Below, piece after piece: positions 33,956-46,242 of a stretch of DNA of 64,000 nucleotides. Origin of the DNA: Tubulanus polymorphus (lineage: Eukaryota > Animalia > Nemertea); the NCBI RefSeq assembly GCF_964204645.1, contig NC_134026.1:20370150-20434149 (forward strand), in the 5' to 3' direction. The notes beneath the pieces are model-generated. The model saw nothing but the letters and a program-made list of their open reading frames with translations, was not told the DNA's origin and did no database searches. How positions within the stretch are numbered: position 1 is the first letter of the stretch; the number at the start of each line of letters is the position of its first letter. The position numbers and the translations under genes were made by a program.

Positions 33956-35248
33956 TCTGATATTCATTTGTATATCGCGTATTTCGTATTTAGTTTTGAA
34001 ATTAGAAATTTATTTTCGTTAAAATGTTACATTGTTGGACGTATGGTTTCAAATATAATGTAAGAAGAAAAATGTATTACTTAGAAATGGGGCTACAAGG
34101 AGAGACTGAAACGGTCTAATCTAGGCCGTATCAATCAGAAGCACCCACACCACAATCATTATATTCGCACACCACGCACACACGTATCAAATAGACATCG
34201 AATGGAAATAGAAAATGTTTACATTTTAGACATGATTACATTATACATAGTCCTTTAAAGAATAGAATTTACAAAGTTTATATGATGATTTTATGTAAAT
34301 ACGTTTGAATGCACTTAGGATAGATAAATGTAAAGTGAAGATGTCAATATGACTTAGGATCGATAACAATCTCTTAATAATTATCTAATTAATTATCGGC
34401 AAAGTATCGATGTAATCAAAATATTATTTGCTGACGTCCGTTGCTCGTCGGTGACCTCGAATAAAATCGTGTAGTGCGCCGATGATTGATAAAATCAGGG
34501 CTTTCTTTCAACTTCCAAGTAGATAAAAGTATAGGAAGCGCTCAGTAATTATTGTTAATTATTGTTAAATGAATGGCCCGGAAAATTGCTGGTGCACTGC
34601 TGCTGCTGTTAAATCTCCTCAACTTGCCACTTGCAATGCTGATATTGACATCGTGCACTAACCATTGAAACTGTTTTTGTCAATGCAAATATTTCTTTGT
34701 TGACAATAAAATTATCTATCTATCTAACTATCTATCTATCTATCTTATTGGGACTTCTTTATAATTCTAATATGATTTAAATTGAAAAACCTATAGGCTA
34801 TCGACCAATAGTTCATTCTATTTATGTACACCGTTTGGATCTGGTGAGGTACGTGCCCATTCATGGTCTTTGCATACGAACAACTGGAATCCAATGCCCA
34901 AAATAGAAACGCTTTATTCGATCAAATCTCGTTTATAAAAACACGAACCAACAGTAATATGAAAATAACGCACGGGACGATGAAAAAATAGTTGAATTCC
35001 ATTGGTGTCTTTAAACTTGTTTTTGTTCAGGCATATTCGTTTTTCTTCGCAAATCGCATACACCGTGTATACCTGCGTAACGAATAAAAGGTAGGTTTTT
35101 TGCTTTTCATTCAGTTGCGTGTAAATGCAAACTAATGATCTTGAAAATTCGCAAAAACTCTCATAACACCGTCGAAAGTAAAATCAATCAGTTAAGCCCT
35201 AAATCGTATATATATTTCCCATTTTTCAGATAAAGTAACGGAAATAGG

Positions 35249-36796
35249 ATGAAGTTTTTACCGTTTCTATTTTTCCTGTTGGACGGCGTCGCAATGGGGA
35301 AGAAAATCATCGTGCTTTCACCATTGCTGAGCGGCCAACTCGGGGAAGCTGCCGGTATCTGCGACGCTTTGATAAAAAACGGCCACGAAGTTTACATCGT
35401 TACCGAAGAACACGTCAAGTACCCGAGACAGCTGAAGCACGTCACTGGCCTCAAATATCTACACTTTCGTTCGCCGGATAAAGAAATCCTTGCGCCGACG
35501 AATCTTGAAAACAAACTGGCCGAGTTCGTATTCGATGAAGTCGATATTATCACAGTGATGAAAAAAATGGGTGTTCAAACTATAGGAAATTATTTCGGCG
35601 AATGTTTACTCAACGACACTGATCTAATGAAAACTGTCAAGGAACTCAATTTCGATTTTGCCATATTCGATTCGATGATGCCGTTCCTAGGCGTCATTCC
35701 GCACGTAGCAGATATCCCATATGCCTCGTGGTCTCCGCTGTTGATGCCGTTAAGGATGAATTTAGCACCGCTGACAGGCTTTGAGCCTTGTGATCTGTAC
35801 GGAGATCGAAATACGTTTCTCAACCGCGTAAAACACGTGTTTCGAGCCATCGTCATTCAAAACATTCCGTATTTCATTTCGCCCGATGCCAAATTCGTTG
35901 AACTGATTCGCGATAACTATCCTTCACGCGCGTTAAAAAGATCGCTCTCCGAGATTGTATCCAATTCGAAGTTTTTTATATTGAATACAAATAATCTGAT
36001 CGATTGTCCGGCACCGCGGAAGCCTGATGTAATATACGCAGGCGGATTGTCTGTCCGTCCACCAAAACCACTATCAAAAGAAGTTGAAGAAATAGTTCAA
36101 GCGGCTAATGACGGTATTATCGTATTCACACTCGGTTCTGTGATTTCAAAGATGCCAAATAACGTTCTTGCAAAATTTATCGACGCCTTCAAAAAAGTAA
36201 AGCAAACAGTTTTCTGGAGGCTGACTCTCCGAGATGATCAAAAACACACAGTTTTCCCTTCTAACGTGAGGATCATGGAGTGGCTTCCGCAAAACGATTT
36301 ATTGAGTCATCCTAAAACTCGTTTATTTATTAGCCACAGCGGTGCAAACGGCCAGGCAGAGGCTTTGTATCACGGAGTTCCCGTCATTTGTTTTCCTTTA
36401 CTTAATAACGATCAAGTATATAATGCTAAGAGGTTCGTCTCGCGGGGATATGGATTAGAGTTAAACATCCGAACGTTCAAATCCGATGACCTTTTTTCAG
36501 CTATCAATGAAATATTAATAAATCCACAATACAAAAACAAAATTCAACGGTCTTCGAAAATGTTCAAAGCAAGTGGGCTGTCTTCGAAAGTTGTCGCTGA
36601 AATGGTGGATCACGTTTTAGAATTCGGCGTAGAACATCTAAAAACGGCTGGGGATCAGATGGAATGGTATCAATTTTATATGATTGATCTATTAATTATT
36701 TTCTTTCTAACCGGGTTGATAAGTATTTACATTTCTTATCGGATAGCTGTGAAAGCGTTTAGATGCTGTTTCAACAAGAAAAAGAAAACAGAATGA
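35249..36796 (+). CDS. UDP-glycosyltransferase (GT1, animal UGT), single coding exon, 515 aa
   Basis: Signal peptide, signature WLPQNDLLSHPKTRLFISHSGANGQAEALYHGVPVICFPLLNNDQ, TM helix and KKKKTE tail. Acceptor ttttcag at 35229. Confidence 0.95.
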   Translation: MKFLPFLFFLLDGVAMGKKIIVLSPLLSGQLGEAAGICDALIKNGHEVYIVTEEHVKYPRQLKHVTGLKYLHFRSPDKEILAPTNLENKLAEFVFDEVDIITVMKKMGVQTIGNYFGECLLNDTDLMKTVKELNFDFAIFDSMMPFLGVIPHVADIPYASWSPLLMPLRMNLAPLTGFEPCDLYGDRNTFLNRVKHVFRAIVIQNIPYFISPDAKFVELIRDNYPSRALKRSLSEIVSNSKFFILNTNNLIDCPAPRKPDVIYAGGLSVRPPKPLSKEVEEIVQAANDGIIVFTLGSVISKMPNNVLAKFIDAFKKVKQTVFWRLTLRDDQKHTVFPSNVRIMEWLPQNDLLSHPKTRLFISHSGANGQAEALYHGVPVICFPLLNNDQVYNAKRFVSRGYGLELNIRTFKSDDLFSAINEILINPQYKNKIQRSSKMFKASGLSSKVVAEMVDHVLEFGVEHLKTAGDQMEWYQFYMIDLLIIFFLTGLISIYISYRIAVKAFRCCFNKKKKTE

Positions 36797-37210
36797 TCGA
36801 TAACTTACCTGTTTAATTTTGTCTGCATCCATATCAAAATCTTTATTCGGTACAAGTTCACGTCATATTCTAAGTAACAACGTGGGGTAGGTGATAAATT
36901 ATAAATTGGGGTAGGTTATAAATTGGAGTAGTTTGTTAATTAATCTGTAGCGTGCTATGTATTTTCATCATAGAATTTTATAGCTTTATTCTTAAAACAT
37001 GTTAGATAATTACGAAGTAAAATATATCAACATTTTCAAGCTATGCAACTTACCATACATAATATAGATATAGCAAATAATGCAACTCTCTCTGTTCTCT
37101 GCAACTCTCTGTCTAAACTTTCAACGCATGTATATCTTGTAGATGGTATTTAGTAGACATATAAAAGTCATTAATAAACTAATCATTTCTATGTATATAT
37201 TTTTTTCTTT

Positions 37211-38702
37211 CTATGTTTTCTCGTAGTAGCAATAAAATAGTTTGTAGCCGGTTCCGAAACGGTTAGCATGCGGCACAGCACCTTTCGACTCGTCGGCATT
37301 GTCAGTGTCCTCCGTATCGTAGTAAAACCATTCTTGAAATGCGTGCATACCGTCGACGGACTGACAGCCTCGGGGGTCCTTCTGAAACAAATAGAACGGC
37401 ACGTCGGTAGGCAGTACTATAGGTTGATTGATGTCCCCGTCGTTTCTGCAACAGTACCAGAGCCTCGTGTTTAGTTTCGGTGCTAAGATACCATCGGGAA
37501 CGGCGCCGGCGAAAGGCAATGGACTGTTAGTGTCACTGTCGTCGAATTTGATCGTCCCCTCTTGGAGGCCATCTGTAAGACAATCGAGATGATTTCATCA
37601 ATCAAAGTGTTTACCGATTTGCATTTCATACGGTTAACCGATTGAAGATCTTTTTAAAATTTTCATATCAAATATACGTATACCGTGTCTACAATATCAA
37701 TTAAGGATCAATATTGATATCGAAATACCTGGACATATGCCGTCCTTTCTAAAAATGCAGTAACTTCCGATTGGCCAACGACAAAATTTTGTCCGCGAGG
37801 ATTCAGCTTTCATACAGAATGTTTGGTTAGCATATTTCGCCGCGTAGTTGCCCGTCTTCCAGTGGATGGACGTAGACCACGTCATGTCTTCTTCGCTTCT
37901 GTATTGGATTTCCCAACCGGTTTCCCAATGATAGTCCGCCGAGTTCAATGGACAATTTGCGAGTGCCATCGGAAGTCCGTATGTGCCCGTCGGCCAAAGT
38001 GGCCCGTCCTTATCTACGAAATAGCAATTTTCATATGGAAAAAGTGCACTTGACTTCCCTTAGAACGTCGATATTTCCAAGAGATCGGACATTTCAAAAG
38101 ATTATCGTAAAATTTACGGACTTGGGACAATCTTTTGTTGACAGGGTAATGAAAATTACAATGTGCATGCACACGTTAGTCAGTAAACTGATGATGAAAA
38201 ACGGAAGATTAAAATGGTAATGAAATGATCAACAGCAAAGTAAGGCGAGGAAACAAAGAAAGTGTGGAAAGAACTGGCATAACGATACAAATGATTATCA
38301 AAGGAAAAACAACCGGGGGTTTCTTCCCAATGGTCAGCAAACCCTTATAGCTCAACCCTTACTTAAATAACCTTTTTGAATAAAGATAGACATTGAATAT
38401 CGCGTCAATTAAAACTTACCGAAACTGGCGAGGCTATATACCCAGTCGTCCTTGTCAAACTGGAAATAAGAGCCGCTCGAGGGACATTCGTCGCACAGTT
38501 GGCAGGCATGGTCTTTCTTGTGGTAAACGAACCCGTTGCAGCCGTTCGTCGACGAACACGCGGTGCCACAGGAAAGCTTGCTTTTCATCGAAGTATAGAT
38601 GTAGCCGAGTTGATTGCACTGGAATGTGTTGTTCAGAACTCGAACGTAATTCTCCGAATGCGCAAACGTCGACGGTATGAGTAACAAAAAAATTAAAGCC
38701 AT
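37211..38702 (-). CDS. Secreted PAN/Apple + apextrin C-terminal (ApeC) domain protein, 3 exons, 309 aa
   Basis: Exons 38702-38420, 38013-37729 and 37572-37211 (both introns phase 1). Signal peptide; PAN pattern SKLSCGTACSSTNGCNGFVY...CQL; ApeC motifs WPTGTYGLP..NCP, FCMK, WPIGSYCIFRK..CP, YCCRNDG, LPTDVPFYL, YDTED and terminal YCYY. Confidence 0.88.
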
Positions 38703-39729
38703 CGTCCCTTTAAGTTCGTCAAACAGTTTCAATCCGACTTACAGTACTAGAAACAAAACGTATGTTCGTCTGTTTCGACAACGGAGTCATTTTCGAAGAA
38801 CTGGACACTAATCAATCTTCTTCAGCTGAATTCCAGTTTCTCGATATTTCGAATAGTTAATCCCTTTCACGGCTGTCGTCGGGAAATGATTAATTCATTT
38901 CCGCCAGATACAGACATATTTTGCATGTAAGGCTTATTATTGCGTGTCGATTGTTTACGAAAAAAACCGAATCTTATATTTACCCTTTTTTGGACCGATA
39001 TCTCGACGTTGATGCATTTAAAAAGGGATTCGAAACTTAGACAGTCGCGTGTAACGAATAATTCATATTCGTTTTGTAATCTCAATTAAAAATTCATCGC
39101 AGATAGAGGGTTTACGTGATCGAGCCGAAAAATGCATTTTCAATAATAGTGATAAATATATACAAAGGCTTAATCAAATTGACGACCATTTTCTCTCGTC
39201 ATTAGACGGATGTAATTTTTCCTAAATTCATCGAATGGATTTTTTTTGAATATCTACGGTTAAGTATCACTGATTATGACTAATATTTCATGTTTTCAAA
39301 TAGTATACACAAAAACATTGTCAGAACGTTTAGTTATACAGTTTAGTGATGAAATCAAAATGGCAGCCATGCTACTTAAAAGTCCTCTGCTAATTTCAAA
39401 ATTAATATGAAAGACCGCACCCGTGTCACGCGGTAATTTTCTCTTCATATTTCAACATCTTTGTGCAACTTCTCTTTCGGACCGCATTCTTAGCAGTTTT
39501 CTAATATCGAAGGTCGTTAATTAATTTCAACCGACGTTGAAAAAAGTAATAATTGCGTGCGGTTCGAAAAGGAAACGATCGACGGAAACAACCTGCTGGA
39601 AATCTATGATTCGAAAAATTACAAACAAATTAATTGAAAAAGATTCTAGCTGAAATAATTTCACGTAGGTACGCAATGGAATTGAACGAATTAAGTCACG
39701 ACCACAAAAACATTTTCTGGCACGGAACG

Positions 39730-39945
39730 AGTTCACACGGGTGCCAAATGGGCCCGGACCAGGCCCGAGCTAAATTCCATCACGGGTGAAATCATTTCCA
39801 ATTAATTGTTACAGGTTCCGGATGTGACTCGTCTTGTTTTGTTTAAGCATTATTCATCGAGTGAGTGGTTTGCGTGTGAACGCGCTCTCTAATCAGGCAA
39901 GGGCCAAATTTGACTCGGGCCAAATCGTCACCGTGTGATCGCAGC
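39730..39945. mobile_element. MITE with ttcacacgg...ccgtgtga termini (PIF/Harbinger-like)
   Basis: gttcacacggg at about 39731, ccgtgtgatcgc at about 39931, internal gtgtgaacgc and inverted ggcccg motifs. Confidence 0.5.
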
Positions 39946-41932
39946 TTTTGACGGAACCGCACCCAGCTAGCTATTCACGAAGTTACAAAACTTGCGGCGT
40001 GCAAATAAATGAAAACTTAAATCACGTAAACGAACTAATTCATTTTGACTGATTTTCAGTATTTGCAGACCGTTGTCTACGCCGCGATTCCGGCGAAACA
40101 CGATACACGATTTCCTCTCTCCAACACGAACGTGACCGTCGTGTATGAACATTGTCGATGAATATTGACTGCGAAAACCTTCACAACGGAAGATCCATTA
40201 AACACCAGACATGACACCACGTTGAGCACGGCGAGCACGTCTTTTGAACAAATTGTAAAAACATCTCATATTTTACTACAGGTATCTGCGTCGACGTTCT
40301 CGCATCACCTGAGGGCACCTAGGGCTTCCGGTCCGTAGAACAGAGTCAGATTCAAATTCAGATACAAATTCAGATTCAGTTTTCAATTTCAATATCAGAT
40401 TAAAATTCAAATTTAGATTCGGATTTGGATTGTGAACTGAAATTTTAGGTTCCCTATTTGCTTGATATCACCATGTTAGCGTACCAACTTTGTATGTATG
40501 AACTTATTCTGGTGTTTCGATTTTCAACGAATTCTCCTGATATTTACGATTTGAGAAATTCGGACGATTCCAAATTTCACCGTGTCCGCAACCATCACGC
40601 ACCAAGTTCAACGGGTACGCGCTCACCGCGAATTAAATACCTTGATACGTATTATGAATGAAGACGATGTTATTGCTACGTTTTATTTGCTTGTTAATCT
40701 CCCATCATCGCTGTTATTCAAGATTCCTCGGGTCACCGGGTGATGTGTAATTACGAACGGGTGCGTTCATGTTTTTGATCTGCGCGCAGCCCTCAAATTT
40801 TCTTACCGACTTATCCCTAAGCAACGAAGCGCGTGGCATCTGGATGTTACCAGCGCCGGTGTGGAACGGTGTGTTTATTATCTTAATTACGAATAGGGAG
40901 GAGGGATTCGGCGTATTTTCAAGAAAGAACATGTTCTTTCGCGGCAATCTAGACGGAAATTACGACAATAAGGTCTTTCATCATTGGTACACAATCTCGC
41001 GTGACTGTTAAAGGCATTTTAGATTTCATACTTAATTTAACAAATTGAAATGTGTCATGGCGATTATAGTGACGTGTATACGGACGTCACGGCGTTTCTA
41101 CCGGCGGATCGATGCCAAATGAAGCATACGGCCCCGTGCTTTCTACGCAGAAGCTATAATTATAGCGTCATATCGGTGCAAAATGTTACGATAACATCGC
41201 GCGAAGCGACGCTCGCTTCTCATCCAAAAAGCGGCGTAGACAAGACGTAGAAATAACGAAGGAATTCTTCAAACGTATTTATTAATCCCCATCGATCGGT
41301 AGAAATATCGTGAGCGATATAAAACGGTGAAATCGACACGGAAATCCATTTTCAAAAGGTGCCGGTCTGCGCCGTAATTGCCATGTGTGATATTCGAAAT
41401 TGATTCCATTTTTATTTCTTTCAACCTAATCGAGGCGTTACCGGTTTCTTCGGCTGGAGCATCGATTAATAAGTAAAGGTAAACATTTCTCTCAAGTCGT
41501 AGCCGAGCCGAGTAGAGCAGAAACAGCGCATGTCGACTCCGCCGAAACCTGCACCGTCGTTCGAGCACCGCTGCCAACACAAGACATCGAATCATAATGC
41601 CATTATGAAATTCTGGCGTGATTGATGGTTGTCATTTGTGGCGGTCGTTACCTATGCCGATCATAGCTCCGTGGACAAAATACCGCACCAGCGAATACCG
41701 CGCAGTTGCGCACGCGGTTATACACGGCAACGAAGTGTAAAATTTTTAAGTAATTTCATCATGGGGAATAAAATCCCGTCGAGTTTGCCTTTCCGAAAGA
41801 AAATTCAGCGCGCCGCAGGGCTACATCGGCAAAATCGGCTGCGGCAAAATCGTATTTAATATACCGGCAAAACGCATGCGAAATCAGTCCAAACGTAATC
41901 TCGGGTTCTTGATTTATTTTATGTCGCGGATA

Positions 41933-43972
41933 ATGGCTTGTTGTCTTTGTCACAAGGCGGTAGCGATAGTTTTGTGCCTTTGTATTTTTATGATTTGTCG
42001 AAATTCTAGTCAAGATGTGTCCTTTCGATTTTACGTCAAATACGGGAACGCGATTAACTGCACGGACATCGGGTCGTACGCCGAATTGACCAGACTCGAC
42101 TGCGCGAGAAAATGTACGGCGGAGTGCGAAGGATTTCTTTTCGACGGAACTACATTCAATTGCAGAACTTGCACATTCACCGCCTCGCCGAATCCAGTTG
42201 GAAAAGGCGCGGATATCAATAAGTATGTCTTACATCCACTGTCGGGTAGGTTGAAACTCGAATACAACAAATATGCATATAATTGATGTCCAAAGATTGC
42301 AGATACAATGTACACTGATATAATATAAACAGTAGGCTACATTTTCTAAGTCTCTTAGACAATAAAGATTCAATATGAGGCTTCTGATCAACCTATTAGC
42401 AAGAAAAGAATATATAGAAATATTGTTAATCTTCTTGATAGCTGTGATAAGGATGCTGGTCAGGTGTCCCAACGAGCAGTCAGATATTTATGTTTGAACG
42501 GTTTGAGTACTGATTTGAACCAGAGAGCAAAAAAAAAATGTTTACACCACTTTATCATGGGAGCAGCGCGAAGGAGCGCTGAGCAAGTTTTGTTGGTTTT
42601 TACATCATCTATTTATCGCGAACAGAAAATGAGCGGGTCTTGGTAACATCGTAGTTCAGAAGATTTTTAATTGGTATGATATCAATTTTAACCAATTGAA
42701 AGGTCAATGTATCATTTGTTGAATCATGTATCATGATGCTATCAGGTTCGTTCGAATCCCTGCGGAAATGACGTTGGTGTTTGAATTTATGGAAATTTTA
42801 CCCTTGTTGTATGAAACAGGCGGACTACGGAACTGTTTGCCCTTAGAAACTAATTTGTACGAAACTATAGGCTCTTGGTCTTCTAGAATAAAGAGATTGA
42901 GCTATCACGATAATTAGTAAGGTCTGATAAATCGGATTCGAAGACTCGAATGATTTAGATCAAAAATTTTCATTTCTTGTAGCGCTGTGGCCGATGGGAT
43001 TCTACGGCCTGCCGCAGACGACTGTCGGATGCCCGTCGGAGAACTTCTGGGCGAAGGGATTTTCCGACCAAGAAATGGACACCAGCGGCGCACAGTCGAA
43101 TACTTGGAGTGCCGGGTTGCACTGGCCGACCGGCTCATACAACGCAATGAACGTAACGCAAACATTTTGCATGAAAAATGTAAGCCAGAGCACTTACACG
43201 GCTGGCGATTGGCCAAAAGGACAATACTGCATATTCAAAAAGGGTACTTGCCCGACCGGTACGTACAACAACCTTTCCGTTAAAACGTATATCTTATACA
43301 TATTATCAAGTCGATAGTAGAATTCTTAAAATCTGATCATAATTCAAAATTTCATCTTTTTATTAATTTTTAACCCCGTTTGTGATATCAACATGAAACG
43401 CAGCAAACCCCGTCTTCCTTGTAAGAGGGGGAGGTGGAGGGGAGAGTACAATGGGAGGGGGAGGGAAAGGGGAGAGAGAAGAGGGGTAGGAGAGGGGGAG
43501 GGATTGGAAAAGCCAGACCGCTTTAACTTGCTCGCTCTTCTGATTTTAAATTCAAATTGAATATTGAATCGCTGAATTTTCGACACTTTCTCATCTAGGC
43601 ATGTCATCCGGTTTGATATATTTCGACGACGAAGACACGGCATTGGACGAAAAATTTGGAGGCGCCTTCCCCGATGGAATCGATAAGTTTATTCCAAAAA
43701 GAAACACAGAAATCGGATACTGTTGTCGCGACGACGTAGGATCAGTCCTTCTGCCCATAAACCTACCCGCCGACGAGCCATTCTATTTGTTCCCGAAAAA
43801 CGACACGCATTGCCAAAGGGTCGCCGGTATGCGAGTAAGAAGGGAATGGTTCTTTTTCAACACGGAAAACACTAACGGCGCAAATCACTACACTGCACCC
43901 CATCCCTATTGCGAAATCGTCGGCTCCGGCATGCGAATGCACTATTGCTACTACTATCCTTATCACGCGTAA
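41933..43972 (+). CDS. Secreted PAN/Apple + apextrin C-terminal (ApeC) domain protein, 3 exons, about 320 aa
   Basis: Exons 41933-42245, 42983-43258 and 43599-43972 (both introns phase 1, same positions as the paralog). PAN pattern RLDCARKCTAECEGFLF...CRT; ApeC motifs WPMGFYGLP..GCP, FCMK, WPKGQYCIFKKGTCP, FDDED, YCCRDD, LPADEPFYL and HYCYY. Alternative in-frame ATGs at 41876 and 41921. Confidence 0.88.
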
Positions 43973-46048
43973 AAAGTACATGTCTTTCAGTCGTTTCGAA
44001 AGAAATTACATTAACGTAGATTGCGCGAATAGCTCGACACCGCGCCTATCGTCTCACACATCGTACGCTTACTTAACCATGGCCCGGGGTAAATAATTTT
44101 TGTGACAGTCTCAGACGAAAAATGCTTTTTAGTGATACGACTCAAATGACATACTTATCCATACAAAATCGGTTGGCATAAAAAGTGGGTATAACCATAC
44201 CACATTAACCTAAAACCACGGAATCAAATTGTATAGACTTCGGACACCTCAACCCGATAAGCAAGCATCGACAATCGTTGAAAATCGCGACAGTGGTGCT
44301 GTACATGTCAGGTTGCAAACGTCTTTGTCGAGTTAATCACAAAATCATCGCTTTCAGCGTTTCATATATTCGCTTCATGTCAGTAGTCGACATTAAACGG
44401 TTTATTTGCGCCGTCGAAAAAATTTGCATATTCAACAGACGTCGAATGCTATGACGTCAAACATCGAAGACCTACCTACGTAGATTTCGTTATTCTAATC
44501 GAAACACGCTACGTCATTTGCATTCTTCAATGGAAATTATAAAAACGCGTCGCCGAAGAGGCATGTTGAACGCTCGCTCGAGAGATGACAGGCATTCCTC
44601 GTTTTTACATCATCGTCGAGATAAACTTTCTCTGCGGTCTGGCGTATGATTAATCTCCGTGTACTGCCGGAGCGGACAAGCCGGCAGGCGTTTGGTTAAT
44701 GACGCTTAGGGAACAACATATATTGCCCAATACGGCCCATGTCGACGGAGATGTTCTCGACAACGATATTCGTTATAATATATTTATGTACATATGCAAT
44801 ATATCACTCGTGCGTCTTGTCGTAGCGATTAGGGACTCAATATTTGCCACCACGCCATCGTTACATTATTACCCTTTGTCGATAAAATGGACATAATTTC
44901 GAATCATGGTCTCCGACCAGGAATAATGACATCTACGGGCAAATGACGTTAACGAGTTCGACAATCCAATCAACAGGGTCTGACGTGTCGGAGCATCTCG
45001 AGCCGGTCGCCGACGATGATGAATTCCCCTCGACGAAATAATCACCCGCAACGCACGTGAATTGTGTCTAGAATTGCTTCGTTCGCATTGGAGACCTAAT
45101 CGACTGAATTACGAACGCGAATGGAAAAGCCGTTTAATTCCTCGGTAAGAGGAATAAAACAACTTATTGACGGTGATTCAAATAATGCGTGGCGCGGTCA
45201 GGTGAAACGATAGTTCGCGTTTCTCACGCTAGTGGCGCCGTACGTAAATCGTTTACTGCATCAGGTGACGCGAAGGACAAGCGACATTCAGTATGATTCA
45301 ATAGATAAAATTGAATTATGCGCCCACGAAATGTTCATTAGTCGAGGTCGTAATTCCGATTCCGAACTTGGTCGAGGGTAGCGCAGGCGTAAAGATCTAA
45401 ATATGAAAAAGATAGAACTCGGAACGCGTATGGATACGCGTACGATGATGAAACTGACAAACTGACAGCAAACGACGATAGGAACCTCATGAATAAACAA
45501 CAATGCACCGAAGCACTGGAATTCCGTGCAGAATTTTTGAAATATTACGAAACGTTTCAAGCGTTATAATCTCTTGTCAGGATTCCATACGACTTAAAAG
45601 AAAGGCATTTCTGTTCGCTATACATCCCGTAATACGAAAAGATCTTTTTTCTGCTCGGTACGACGAGCACGACTGTTGACTCGTTTATGAAGGTATCGAT
45701 GCTGCCGTTTGAGTTTCAGAAACGTGTTTTTCTTTTCGGGAAAGATAACAACAACTCGTGGATAAGAACAAGAATACTCAAAGAAATTAAAGAAAAAAAC
45801 ATTATGTTTCAAACAAAATCGATGCACAGAGAAATAAACATTGATTCAATGCTGTAACATTGGGTTTTTCATAATTATTTGAACATACATAATCCAAAAT
45901 TGTCAATAATATTCCATAAGGGATTTCGTTTAATCAAAAAGCTTAATCAAAATAAATAGCATTTCTGTTTTAAAATATCATTGAAGATGGCAAATAAAGG
46001 CATAGTGCATCCTTTTTCACCAAAACTTTGTCAATTCGCACATGTAAA

Positions 46049-46242
46049 CATGGGAGTCACCAGCGGGGGGTCGAGGGTACGGACGACCCCCTTTTTACAC
46101 CCGATCCAAGTTCCGCATTTTGTTCTTTCACATTTCGGAGATTATATAAATAGTTTGCCTGAAATGTAAAAAAAAACAAGGCATATAGTTCAGCACTTTA
46201 TTTATTCTGACCCCCTTAAAGAAATCCCAGTGACGCCCCTGA
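46049..46242. mobile_element. MITE
   Basis: Imperfect inverted ends catgggagtcaccagcggggggtcg ... gacccccttaaagaaatcccagtgacgcccctg. Confidence 0.5.

Noticed and set aside
26698-36796. Horizontal transfer origin for the intronless UGTs
   Set aside because: They have the animal-type signal peptide, C-terminal TM helix and dilysine tail, which bacterial and plant GT1 enzymes lack.
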